Below are positions 8,582 through 18,634 of a stretch of 64,000 nt of DNA, one piece after another. How positions within the stretch are numbered: position 1 is the stretch's first letter; every line of letters begins with the position of its first letter. The notes beneath the pieces were generated by a model that was given only the letters and a program-made list of their open reading frames with translations, did no database searches and had not been told where the DNA came from. Origin of the DNA: Candidatus Woesearchaeota archaeon (lineage in GTDB: Archaea > Nanobdellota > Nanobdellia > SCGC-AAA011-G17 > UBA489); NCBI GenBank assembly GCA_964622835.1, contig CAZUSA010000001.1, positions 159,468 through 223,467 of the forward strand, in the 5' to 3' direction. The position numbers and the translations under genes are program-made.

Positions 8582-10080
8582 AACGATTAGCAACATTAAT
8601 TAAGAAGAATTTCAGACTCATTTTACGATCGAAGAGTTCTGCTGCCATGGTTATTATTGGACCGCTATTACTTATTATTTTGTTAGGTGCAGCATTTAAC
8701 ACAGCAAGCATTTATGGTATTCGTGTAGGAACATACTCTGAAAACTACAGTCCCTTATCTGAAGCGGTTATTTATGAGTTGAATCAAGAAAGTTTTGCTA
8801 CACAAAAAGTAGACAGTGAAAAATCGTGTATTGATGGTGTACGTAATAGTATCTTCCATGTATGTGCTGTATTCCCAGATAACTTGAAAGTAGCCCAGGG
8901 TGGTGAGATACAATTCTATGTTGATAATACAAAGACGAATATTATTTATTTAATTACAGAAACGATTGCTGCGGAAATTGGGAAAAAATCTGAAGATTTG
9001 TCCTTACAATTAACGAAAGGTGTGGTTGATACATTAGGTGATATTAAGGAAGAGATTGAAGATCGTGAGAGTTTGTTAAATGAAATAAAGACAAAAGGTC
9101 AAGAAAACCAAGTTATTCTGAGTAGTCTCAGTACAAATGTTAATGAGATGAATTTAGATTATCAAAAGAGTGACATTCCTTTAGGCACATTACAAGCACA
9201 AGTAAGTGGAGATGCAGCAAATACGTTCAAGGCTGTTGAAAATAAGATTGATCTTATTATGGCTGATGTTGATAAAGCAGCATCAAAGCAAGCGAGTATT
9301 CTCAAACAAGTGGCAACGTTAAATCAAAACGCTGAAACGAGTGAGTTTGCAACCATCCAAGTAGAGAAGACGTTTACCAATATTAAGAAAGATATTTCTT
9401 CTGTTAAAGAAACGGGTACGGGTAAGATTGTTAATCCTATTAGTTCTTCTATTAATCCTATTACGGCTAAAAAGACGCATTTAAACTTTATTTTTCCAAC
9501 GTTATTGATTATGATTATGATGTTTGTTTCTTTATTATTAACGTCAACGTTAGAAATTCGTGAGCGCACGTCAAAGGTGTATTTTAAGAATTTTATTACG
9601 CCAACCTCTGGTTTCTTATTTACTATAAGTAATTATATAACCAATCTATTAATTGTTGGTTTGCAAGCTGTTGTGTTACTAGGAGCGGCTGCATATTTAT
9701 TTTATGCTAATATTGCTTCAACATTACATATTTTACTGCCTGTGTTATTATTGATTACCTCTATTTTCTTGTTCATGGGTATTTGTTTGGGAAGTATTTT
9801 CAAGAATGAAGAGACAAATACTATTACTGCATTATCGTTAGGGTTTATTATGGTCTTTTTCTCTTCAGCTATTCTTCCTATCGAAACATTACCTGCAATC
9901 ATAAAAAACATTGCTATGTTTAATCCGTTTTACATTGGTGAAACGATATTAAATAAAATTATTTTATTTCAAGCTCCATTAAAAAACGTAATGAAAGAAA
10001 TATTCTTGCTTTCCGGGTACTTTATTGGTGTAGTAATCATAACAGGTATAGTTAAAAAGGCCATGGGAAAGAAAGATTAA
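8578..10080 (+). CDS. ABC-2 type permease with large extracytoplasmic coiled-coil domain
   Basis: N-terminal TM, about 270-aa hydrophilic coiled-coil region, then 5 C-terminal TM helices. Overlaps the ATPase stop (operon). Confidence 0.65.
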   Translation: MKRLATLIKKNFRLILRSKSSAAMVIIGPLLLIILLGAAFNTASIYGIRVGTYSENYSPLSEAVIYELNQESFATQKVDSEKSCIDGVRNSIFHVCAVFPDNLKVAQGGEIQFYVDNTKTNIIYLITETIAAEIGKKSEDLSLQLTKGVVDTLGDIKEEIEDRESLLNEIKTKGQENQVILSSLSTNVNEMNLDYQKSDIPLGTLQAQVSGDAANTFKAVENKIDLIMADVDKAASKQASILKQVATLNQNAETSEFATIQVEKTFTNIKKDISSVKETGTGKIVNPISSSINPITAKKTHLNFIFPTLLIMIMMFVSLLLTSTLEIRERTSKVYFKNFITPTSGFLFTISNYITNLLIVGLQAVVLLGAAAYLFYANIASTLHILLPVLLLITSIFLFMGICLGSIFKNEETNTITALSLGFIMVFFSSAILPIETLPAIIKNIAMFNPFYIGETILNKIILFQAPLKNVMKEIFLLSGYFIGVVIITGIVKKAMGKKD

Positions 10081-10081
10081 C

Positions 10082-11425
10082 GTGAAACATACACAGATTT
10101 GTACAACAGGCGGCTATAATGAGGTTGGCCGTAATATGACCTCAATTAATATTGGTGGTGAAACAGTTATTTGTGATATTGGTATAAATGTTCAAAAATT
10201 AGTTGAGTACCAACAGAAATCAACAAATCAGCCTGTATATACACGAGCAATCATGGATAAGATTGAGGCTATACCTAATTTAAACAAGTTACAGTCATGG
10301 TTACCAACAGTTAAGGGTATTGCTATTTCTCATTGTCATTTGGATCATATTGGTGGTATCAAGTATCTTGCTCCTGAAATTAAGGCTCCTGTTATTGCTT
10401 CTCCCTATACGATGGAAGTGATTCGTGGTGATATGCGTTCTGATGATATTAGTATTCCTAATAAGATGAAGACGGTTAATCCTGATGGAACGATCCAATT
10501 ATCTAAGAAGTTGAAGTTAGAGTACATTAGTATTCCTCATTCTACGCCTGAATGTGCGTTGATGGCTATTCATTCGCCGAAGGGTGTGTACTTGTATGCT
10601 ACTGATTGGAAGTTTGATAATACACCGGTGATTGGTAAAAAGCCTAATTATAAACGTCTTAAAGAGTTAGCAAATAAAGGTGTTAAGGCATTAGTTATTG
10701 ATTCATTATATTCACAAAGCGAGGGTAAAACACCTTCTGAAATGATTGCACGTGAGTTATTACGTGATGCTATGACCGGTGTTGATAACAGTAAGGCTGC
10801 TATTTTTACAACGTGTTTTGGTTCTCATATTGCACGATTAAAGAGTATTATTGAGTTTAGTAAGAAAATTAATAGAAAGGTTGTTGTGTTAGGAAGAAGT
10901 TTTGGTAGATATGTTGGTGCTGCAGAAAATACAAAGATTACCAAGTTAACAAATCAAGCTGAATTTTATACATATCGTAATGAAATTAAAAGAAAAATTA
11001 CTGAGATTGAAAAGAAAGGTCCACATAAGTATGTTGTTGTTTGTACTGGTGGCCAAGGTGAACCAAATTCTGTTCTTTCTCGTATTATGAATAGTGAGTA
11101 TAAGTTTAAGTTTTATCCTGAAGATGAAATTATTTTTTCTAATAAGTTAATTCCTGTCCAACCAAATATCCGTAATAGGGAATATATGGAGAAAAAATTG
11201 AAAGAGATGGGTGCACGTATTTTCACGGACATTCATGTTTCTGGCCACTGTTCTCGCGAGGATATTAGAGAAATGATTAATTTAACCAACCCTGAAAATA
11301 TCATTCCTTGCCATGGTAATGAGAAATTAATGAAGCCAGGGTATGATCTTGCTGAGGATATGGGCTATAAAAAAGATCGTGATATTCACTTGATGAGTAA
11401 TGGTGAAAAGATTATTATCGAGTAG
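10082..11425 (+). CDS. RNase J-like beta-CASP metallo-beta-lactamase ribonuclease
   Basis: HCHLDHIGG motif (HxHxDH), beta-CASP region, C-terminal HVSGHCSRED. GTG start at 10082 per the ORF track. Confidence 0.7.
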   Translation: MKHTQICTTGGYNEVGRNMTSINIGGETVICDIGINVQKLVEYQQKSTNQPVYTRAIMDKIEAIPNLNKLQSWLPTVKGIAISHCHLDHIGGIKYLAPEIKAPVIASPYTMEVIRGDMRSDDISIPNKMKTVNPDGTIQLSKKLKLEYISIPHSTPECALMAIHSPKGVYLYATDWKFDNTPVIGKKPNYKRLKELANKGVKALVIDSLYSQSEGKTPSEMIARELLRDAMTGVDNSKAAIFTTCFGSHIARLKSIIEFSKKINRKVVVLGRSFGRYVGAAENTKITKLTNQAEFYTYRNEIKRKITEIEKKGPHKYVVVCTGGQGEPNSVLSRIMNSEYKFKFYPEDEIIFSNKLIPVQPNIRNREYMEKKLKEMGARIFTDIHVSGHCSREDIREMINLTNPENIIPCHGNEKLMKPGYDLAEDMGYKKDRDIHLMSNGEKIIIE

Positions 11426-11520
11426 TTCCTTCTTAAAGATACTTCTTCAATCAGATAAATGTATATAAAATAAGCCTGCCAAACCTCTTCACCAAGTGAA
11501 ATATCTTGTAGGGTTTATTC

Positions 11521-12792
11521 ATGATAGAAGATCAAAAGTGTCGGTTTGCTCATTTAGCTGATTGCCATATAGGCGGATGGCGGGAAGAGAAATTAAAGGT
11601 TCTTTCCATTAAAGCTTTTGAAGAAACGGCTAAGAAGATCATTGCAGAAAAGGTTGATTTTGTTATTATTGCTGGTGATTTATTCAATACGTCCATCCCT
11701 TCTGTTGATGCATTAAAACAAGTTACTACGTCACTACGTGAAATTAAAGAAGCAAATATTCCTGTGTATATTGTTCCAGGGAGTCATGATTTTTCTCCTT
11801 CTGGTAAAACAATGTTAGATGTGTTAGAAAATGCAGGGTTATGTAAAAATGTTCATAAGTTTGATGAAGAAAAGAAAGAATTACACATCACCTATCACAC
11901 GTTACCTAACGGCGAACGTATTGCATTAACAGGTATGTGTGGTCTTGCTGGTGGTTTAGAAAAAATACAGTATGAAACAATTACAAATAGAAGAGAGATT
12001 GAAGCTATTACTGATTTCAAAATCTTTGTATTCCATACATTATTAACAGAATTAAAACCGTCAAAGGATTGGGAACATGTTCCGTCAGAGTCTATGATGT
12101 TGTTACCAGTTGGATTTAATTATTATCCCGGTGGCCATCCTCATTTTGTTTCACAAAAAACAACAGTCAACCATCCATTAGTTGCATATCCTGGTCCGTT
12201 ATTTCCTAATAATTTTAAGGAATTAGAAGAGTTACGTCAGGGTGGTTTTTACATTGCTACTGTAAAGAAAGATAACCAGATTACCTTAGATCATATTCCT
12301 GTTCAATTAAAAGAGATACTTCCGTTAACGATTGATGCGAATGATAAAACTGCTGGTACCGTCGAAGAAGAAGTTCGTGAATTGCTTACACGTGTTGATA
12401 TAACTGATAAGATTGTAACACTAAGAATAGCAGGAACGTTAAGTAGTGGTAAACCAGCCGAAATAGGTCTTAAAGCACTGTTAGAAGAACACACAGAAGC
12501 ATATCATATTCTCAAGAATACAGCAAAGCTCAAGGCAAAAGAGTTTTCAGAAATTAACAAGGCTTCAGGTAGTATTGATGAAGTTGAAGAAACAATTATT
12601 AAAGAGCATGTTGGTCAATTAGAGATTCCAGATTTACAATTGAATGAAAATCAAGAGTTGTTAACAAATCAATTAATGACAACATTAAATAAAGAAAAGA
12701 TTGAAGGTGAAAAGAACATTGATTTTGAAACAAGAATTATTCAAGATATGATTAAATTATTTAATGTGCAAGAGGTGTACAATGCGTATTAA
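11521..12792 (+). CDS. mre11: Mre11 double-strand-break repair nuclease
   Basis: Phosphoesterase motifs FAHLADCHIGGW, IIAGDLFN, GSHD. Confidence 0.85.
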   Translation: MIEDQKCRFAHLADCHIGGWREEKLKVLSIKAFEETAKKIIAEKVDFVIIAGDLFNTSIPSVDALKQVTTSLREIKEANIPVYIVPGSHDFSPSGKTMLDVLENAGLCKNVHKFDEEKKELHITYHTLPNGERIALTGMCGLAGGLEKIQYETITNRREIEAITDFKIFVFHTLLTELKPSKDWEHVPSESMMLLPVGFNYYPGGHPHFVSQKTTVNHPLVAYPGPLFPNNFKELEELRQGGFYIATVKKDNQITLDHIPVQLKEILPLTIDANDKTAGTVEEEVRELLTRVDITDKIVTLRIAGTLSSGKPAEIGLKALLEEHTEAYHILKNTAKLKAKEFSEINKASGSIDEVEETIIKEHVGQLEIPDLQLNENQELLTNQLMTTLNKEKIEGEKNIDFETRIIQDMIKLFNVQEVYNAY

Positions 12793-14848
12793 GAACATTA
12801 AATTACATAATATTCGCTCATATAAAACAGAAGAAGTTTCTTTTGAAGAAGGTTCTACATTATTATCTGGTAATATTGGTTCAGGTAAATCAACTATCCT
12901 CTTAGCTTTAGATTTTGTTTTGTTTGGTATTAGTAGAGATTTACCTGGAAGTGCATTGTTACGTAAAGGAGAAACAGAAGGAAGTGTTGAATTGCATTGT
13001 GTTATCAATGATAATGAGATTATTATTAAACGGGGATTAAAACGTACACCTACATCTGTCGGTCAAGAGACTGGTTTTATTATTAAGAATGATGAAAAGA
13101 AAGAACTTACCGCTATGGAATTAAAGCAAGAAGTGTTAACGTTATTGAATTATCCTCAAGAATTATTAACGAAGTCTAAATCTATGGTATACCATTATAC
13201 TGTCTACTCACCACAAGAGCGCATGAAGGATATTCTCCTAAGCAAGCGTGAAGAGCGTTTAGAGATCTTACGGCGTGTGTTTGGGATTGACAAGTACAAA
13301 CGTGTACAGAATAATACTGATATTTTTCTTACAGCATTAAAGCAAAAGTCTAAGGAAATTGCTGCGAGTATTGCTGATTTGGAACAAAAGAAAGAAGCAT
13401 TAGCTGAAAATAAAGAAAAGGAACAAGAAACAAAAACATTTCTTACATCGCTTGAACCTAAAATACTCACGTTACAAAACAAGATTGCAGAAAAGAAGAA
13501 GTTTATTGACGAACAGGAAAAACAACAACAAGTACACCAACAGAAGAAACATGAAAGAGAAAAATTACTCTTAGGTATTACCCATAAAAAAAGTGAGATT
13601 GTACGATTGCAAGAAGAAGAAACAAGAATAAAGAAAGAAATTGTTGATATAACACTATCTTTAGAAAAATTACCACTTGCTGATCCATCATTACAAGAAA
13701 GAATTACTATTTTAGATACTGAAATACAACAAGGCGAAAGTCAAGTAACAGCTATTGAAAGAAAAGTTATTGAGTTTACAACAGTAAAGAAAAGTAAAGA
13801 AACCGTATGTAATGATATTAATGCATTAGATGTTTGTCCAACGTGTAAACAAACGGTCGATGCAGATCATAAGAAACATATTACAAGTAATGAGTCTAAA
13901 GAGATTGAAAAGGTTGATCGTGAATTACAGGCATTACAGCGTGATCAAGAGTATCAACGACAAACACTTCTTGGGAAGAAAGAGGAACGAAAAAAGAAAC
14001 AAGAACAATTAAACGCACAACAAGTAGTTCAGATAAAGGATCAAGAAAAAAAGCAAAAGGAACTACAGGTTCAAAGTATCATTAAACAGAAAGGAGAAGC
14101 TGAACAGAGCCTATTAGGCGATAATCAAAGGATTAGCCAAGTAGAACAGGAATTACAACGTTTTCCTGAAAGTACAACTGAACTACAAGGATACAAGCAA
14201 GAACGCGATGTTATAACACAAGAATTAAAGGAAGTTGAATTACAACGTGCAGGTAAAGAAGCTGAATGTAAAGGGTTTGCTTCTATGATTCTCAGTTTAG
14301 AAGAAGAAATCACAAGAAAAAAGGTTGGGAAAGAAAACATTGCAAAATTATTACAGTTACGTGAGTGGTTAGAAAAACAATTCATGAGTATGATGGCCTT
14401 AATGGAAAAGAATTTATTGTTACGCGTTCATGGCGAGTTAGAGGAATTAATTAAGAAGTGGTTTGGTATGTTGGTTGATGAAGAAACAATGAAGATTAGA
14501 TTAGATGATGAGTTCACACCAATCATTGAACAGAATGAACATGAGATTGAATATGCTCATCTTTCTGGTGGCGAAAAAACAGCGGCTGCATTGTCATATC
14601 GGCTTGCATTGAATCAAGTGATTAACACATTAATGTCTGGTATTAACACCCGTAATATTTTAATGTTAGATGAACCAACAGACGGTTTTTCACAAGAACA
14701 GTTAGAACGTATGCGTAATATTTTAGAAGAGTTAAATACGAAACAAACGATTATTGTTTCTCATGATCCTAAGGTTGAAAGTTTTGTTGATCGTGTTGTT
14801 CGTTTAGAAAAAAAGGAACATCAGACGGTTGTTACTAAAACAATTTAA
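12782..14848 (+). CDS. rad50: Rad50 SMC-like ATPase
   Basis: Walker A GNIGSGKSTILLALDF. Long coiled coil with CPTCKQ zinc hook. Signature LSGGEKTAAALSYRLAL. D-loop MLDEPTDG. Start MRIKNIKLHNIRSY at 12782 overlaps the mre11 stop. Confidence 0.85.
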   Translation: MRIKNIKLHNIRSYKTEEVSFEEGSTLLSGNIGSGKSTILLALDFVLFGISRDLPGSALLRKGETEGSVELHCVINDNEIIIKRGLKRTPTSVGQETGFIIKNDEKKELTAMELKQEVLTLLNYPQELLTKSKSMVYHYTVYSPQERMKDILLSKREERLEILRRVFGIDKYKRVQNNTDIFLTALKQKSKEIAASIADLEQKKEALAENKEKEQETKTFLTSLEPKILTLQNKIAEKKKFIDEQEKQQQVHQQKKHEREKLLLGITHKKSEIVRLQEEETRIKKEIVDITLSLEKLPLADPSLQERITILDTEIQQGESQVTAIERKVIEFTTVKKSKETVCNDINALDVCPTCKQTVDADHKKHITSNESKEIEKVDRELQALQRDQEYQRQTLLGKKEERKKKQEQLNAQQVVQIKDQEKKQKELQVQSIIKQKGEAEQSLLGDNQRISQVEQELQRFPESTTELQGYKQERDVITQELKEVELQRAGKEAECKGFASMILSLEEEITRKKVGKENIAKLLQLREWLEKQFMSMMALMEKNLLLRVHGELEELIKKWFGMLVDEETMKIRLDDEFTPIIEQNEHEIEYAHLSGGEKTAAALSYRLALNQVINTLMSGINTRNILMLDEPTDGFSQEQLERMRNILEELNTKQTIIVSHDPKVESFVDRVVRLEKKEHQTVVTKTI

Positions 14849-16671
14849 TATTTTGCGTAGTCTGAGATCATTACTTCATCAATAATCCCATGGAAATAGC
14901 CACTAGCACCACCATTTGATCCTATTTGGAAGTTACTTGAAGCAAAGTCAAGAGTACCATCTCCTGTTGTTATAATCACAGGAGCACTACTAGGAACCAT
15001 GTTAACAAAACAGTTAAGGGTTTTTGTTGTACCATCATATTGTACAGCAACATGAGTCCAGGTATCATAAGGAACAACAGAACATCCAACATTTAATGCA
15101 GCATTATCAATATTAAGGGCAGCAAGCAACGTATGTGTTCCCGTACCAGAGTTGTATACTGTTCTAAATTGGTTAAGTGAACCTTTACTTGCCCAAAAAG
15201 AACCAACAGGTTCGCTGGTAAGATATAACCATGCTTCAACAGTTACTGAATCGGTTATAGTTGGATATGTTCCAGCTACAACAGTATCATCGACACCATC
15301 AAAGTATAATCCACCACCATATGCACCATCAATCCAGTATGGTTCTTTAATTGCTTGTTGTTGATCATAAAGATATTCCATTTGTTTAGCACTAAGGGGA
15401 CTATCATAAATAGCTACTTCATCCAGGTTGCCAAAGGTACCAGTCCAGGCCCCCACATCGTTAAATGCTCCGATTTGTGTATTAAGTCCGGACCAAGGAG
15501 CACTCATATCTGGTGTAAATATATCTGTGGGTTTTCCATCCACATAAAATTGACCAACACCATTTTTAATAGTAACACCAGCATGATGCCATCCACCATC
15601 AAAATAATTAGTAGGATCAGTATCATAGAAACTAACACCAAGACTATCAACAAAACGAAGTTTTGCAGTCTGAGTAATAAGAAGTCCATAATGGTTATTA
15701 TTAGTTTTACGTGCAAAGATATATCCACCACCCCAACTAGGATTTGCAAGAACTTTTGTCCATGCAGTAAGAGTAAAATCATCAACAAAATTTCCTGCAG
15801 TCTGCCCTATATTTACTGTATCACTTCTATCAGTAAAATCAAGATTATTACTTCCATCTGTATCCCCATCAAAATACAGTCCCCCTCCAGAGATACCACT
15901 GGACCAATCAGGACAACGCACTAGATCAGGACCTCCCGGACAAATGGATCCGAGAAAACCAAGATCTCCATTATACCCATTGCCACTACTGTCTGTTGCT
16001 GTGTCACCACTTCCTTCATCAAAATGATATACTACTTGAGCAGAATCAAAGTTTTGTAGTGTTCCAGGCGCAGATCCAAGACTATCACTGAGTGTTGTTC
16101 CACTAGCATCATCAAATTTGTATAAGGCGACGGTTGTTCCGGTTGGTATGTAACCATCACCATCACCTGGTGCAAAGCCATTACCGTCATCACTGCCGCC
16201 ACCAAAGCTTTGGCTGGTACCTCCAGCAACGATGGCGCTTAAACTGAATGCTTTGGTGTGTTCAATACTGCTATCTATTGTTTTGTAGGCAAAGGTTGGT
16301 GCGTCTTCAACAAAGTCTCCTTCGGTAAAGACCCCTTCACATCCGGTTACTGTAAATAATTTTTTTTGTCCATTTTTTAAACTGAGTGATGCTGATTGCA
16401 CACTACATGCAGGGTGGGAAAAGTAAAAGGATATGAGATCATCACCAAGTCCGTTTAAGACAGCAATGGTTATGGATCCTTCATCAGCAACAAAATCTAC
16501 ACAGGCAAATCCAGGTCCCATCAAACACGTTTCAGTTACAAAAAGATTATCACCAAAGCCAAAATAGAAACTTAAAGACGCAATAGCTAAAATAACAACG
16601 AGTAACGCCCACCCATAGGTCATCAAAAATTCCATGGCAGCTTGCCCTTTATTATGTATAGATGGGGCCAT
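14845..16671 (-). CDS. Pilin-like N-terminus fused to LamG/concanavalin-like lectin domains (surface adhesin candidate), paralog 1
   Basis: Class III signal KGQAAMEFLMTYGWALLVVILAIASL. LamG-like motifs (LYFDGDTDGS, GGLYFDGVDDTV). The ORF track extends to 16689 and overlaps the upstream paralog. Confidence 0.7.
   Translation of the reverse strand: MAPSIHNKGQAAMEFLMTYGWALLVVILAIASLSFYFGFGDNLFVTETCLMGPGFACVDFVADEGSITIAVLNGLGDDLISFYFSHPACSVQSASLSLKNGQKKLFTVTGCEGVFTEGDFVEDAPTFAYKTIDSSIEHTKAFSLSAIVAGGTSQSFGGGSDDGNGFAPGDGDGYIPTGTTVALYKFDDASGTTLSDSLGSAPGTLQNFDSAQVVYHFDEGSGDTATDSSGNGYNGDLGFLGSICPGGPDLVRCPDWSSGISGGGLYFDGDTDGSNNLDFTDRSDTVNIGQTAGNFVDDFTLTAWTKVLANPSWGGGYIFARKTNNNHYGLLITQTAKLRFVDSLGVSFYDTDPTNYFDGGWHHAGVTIKNGVGQFYVDGKPTDIFTPDMSAPWSGLNTQIGAFNDVGAWTGTFGNLDEVAIYDSPLSAKQMEYLYDQQQAIKEPYWIDGAYGGGLYFDGVDDTVVAGTYPTITDSVTVEAWLYLTSEPVGSFWASKGSLNQFRTVYNSGTGTHTLLAALNIDNAALNVGCSVVPYDTWTHVAVQYDGTTKTLNCFVNMVPSSAPVIITTGDGTLDFASSNFQIGSNGGASGYFHGIIDEVMISDYAKY
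16045..16647. repeat. 603-bp direct repeat, copy A (identical to 17861-18463)
   Basis: Codes the identical 201-aa N-terminal segment (GQAAMEF...GTLQNFD) of both pilin-LamG paralogs. The identical antisense ORFs in the track (16032-16229 and 17743-18045) confirm DNA identity. Confidence 0.85.
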
Positions 16672-18505
16672 CTGAAATACGCACCTCATCTATAATTCCT
16701 TTAAAGAATTGACCACTACCTGTCGATCCAAGGTACATATTGGTACCAGGTTGGAAATTTAATGTACCATTGTAAGGACATGTTTTGACAAGTTGTCCAT
16801 TCAGATACCCACTAATTCCAGATCCATTAAATTGTCCAACAACCTGCTGCCATTGATCTGGCGTTACTGCACCACCACCACCAAAGTTACAGTCAACTGT
16901 TTTAGTAGCTGTTGCATTTGCAATATTATAAGCAACATGGAAATTACCACCAAAAATACGCATTTCATTACCACCTTTTTTTAGGAAAAATTGGTTGTAA
17001 GTTGTTAAAGGATAGACCCATGCTTCTGTTGTTACATAGTCGCCAACAACAAAGTTATCTGCAATGGTAACAGTATCATCAACACCATCAAAGTGTAATC
17101 CACCACTATACGCACCATTAATCCAATATGGTTCATCGAGTGCTTGTTGCTGTTCAAAGAGGTACTCCATTTGGGCTGTTGAAAGAGGTGTGTCATAGAT
17201 GACAAATTCGTCCATGTTTCCGTAGGTACCTTGCCAACCATTCCCTCCATTCCATGCACCGATTTGTGAGATCCATCCATGCCCACCATTAAACATTGCA
17301 GGACTAAATGATGCACCACTAGGTTGACCATCAATATATATTTGTGAGCCAGTAACGCCACTACCGTTAATGACAACACCAATGTGATGCCAGTTACCAT
17401 CATAAAAGTTGAAGGGATCTGCCCAGTAAGAAAATAAAGAAACACCATCGGTGTCGATGAAGCGTGCTCGTGGAGGTAAACCATCATCAAGGTATAATTG
17501 ATAATGCATTTCATATTTTCTTCGGCCAAAGACCGTATGCCCAGAACCATAAGGATTATCAGAAAGTTTTATCCATGATGAAAGAGTAAATTTATCATTA
17601 CTAGAAAAGTCTGCAGTGCTAGCACCGATATCAACAAAATCACCCCTGTCAGTAAAATCGGAAGTACTAGCATCAGTATCACCATCAAAGTATAATCCAC
17701 CACCAGAGATACCACTAGACCACTCAGGACAACGAGTTATGTCTACCCCTGCAGGACAAACAGATTCTGTCGCCCCAAGGTCACCATTATATCCATTGCC
17801 ACTACTATCTGCGGTTGCATCACCATTACCTTCATCAAAATGGTACAGTGCATAAGAAGGATCAAAGTTTTGTAGTGTTCCAGGCGCAGATCCAAGACTA
17901 TCACTGAGTGTTGTTCCACTAGCATCATCAAATTTGTATAAGGCGACGGTTGTTCCGGTTGGTATGTAACCATCACCATCACCTGGTGCAAAGCCATTAC
18001 CGTCATCACTGCCGCCACCAAAGCTTTGGCTGGTACCTCCAGCAACGATGGCGCTTAAACTGAATGCTTTGGTGTGTTCAATACTGCTATCTATTGTTTT
18101 GTAGGCAAAGGTTGGTGCGTCTTCAACAAAGTCTCCTTCGGTAAAGACCCCTTCACATCCGGTTACTGTAAATAATTTTTTTTGTCCATTTTTTAAACTG
18201 AGTGATGCTGATTGCACACTACATGCAGGGTGGGAAAAGTAAAAGGATATGAGATCATCACCAAGTCCGTTTAAGACAGCAATGGTTATGGATCCTTCAT
18301 CAGCAACAAAATCTACACAGGCAAATCCAGGTCCCATCAAACACGTTTCAGTTACAAAAAGATTATCACCAAAGCCAAAATAGAAACTTAAAGACGCAAT
18401 AGCTAAAATAACAACGAGTAACGCCCACCCATAGGTCATCAAAAATTCCATGGCAGCTTGCCCTCTGGAAGATAATATAGAACGCTGTTTAAGACCACCT
18501 CTCAT
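16652..18505 (-). CDS. Pilin-like N-terminus fused to LamG/concanavalin-like lectin domains, paralog 2
   Basis: SSRGQAAMEFLMTYGWALLVVILAIASL. The N-terminal 201 aa after the signal are identical to paralog 1. The C-terminal LamG-like region has diverged (GGLHFDGVDDTV). Confidence 0.7.
   Translation of the reverse strand: MRGGLKQRSILSSRGQAAMEFLMTYGWALLVVILAIASLSFYFGFGDNLFVTETCLMGPGFACVDFVADEGSITIAVLNGLGDDLISFYFSHPACSVQSASLSLKNGQKKLFTVTGCEGVFTEGDFVEDAPTFAYKTIDSSIEHTKAFSLSAIVAGGTSQSFGGGSDDGNGFAPGDGDGYIPTGTTVALYKFDDASGTTLSDSLGSAPGTLQNFDPSYALYHFDEGNGDATADSSGNGYNGDLGATESVCPAGVDITRCPEWSSGISGGGLYFDGDTDASTSDFTDRGDFVDIGASTADFSSNDKFTLSSWIKLSDNPYGSGHTVFGRRKYEMHYQLYLDDGLPPRARFIDTDGVSLFSYWADPFNFYDGNWHHIGVVINGSGVTGSQIYIDGQPSGASFSPAMFNGGHGWISQIGAWNGGNGWQGTYGNMDEFVIYDTPLSTAQMEYLFEQQQALDEPYWINGAYSGGLHFDGVDDTVTIADNFVVGDYVTTEAWVYPLTTYNQFFLKKGGNEMRIFGGNFHVAYNIANATATKTVDCNFGGGGAVTPDQWQQVVGQFNGSGISGYLNGQLVKTCPYNGTLNFQPGTNMYLGSTGSGQFFKGIIDEVRISDGPIYT
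17861..18463. repeat. 603-bp direct repeat, copy B
   Basis: See copy A. Spacing 1816 bp. Confidence 0.85.
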
Positions 18506-18634
18506 AGAAAAATACCAAGATGAGTGACTATTTAAAATTATTTATAAAGGAATGAGAAGGAAAAAATAAACCTTTAAAAATAAGGGGGAAAGGTTATAAA
18601 TTTCAGTAAGAATAATGACGTTGAGGAAGTAATA

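Noticed and set aside
15152-18045. Internal ORFs on both strands within the pilin-LamG genes (including the duplicated 65-aa ORF at 16032-16229 and 17743-18045)
   Set aside because: Shadows of the long CDSs. The duplicated one merely reflects the 603-bp repeat.
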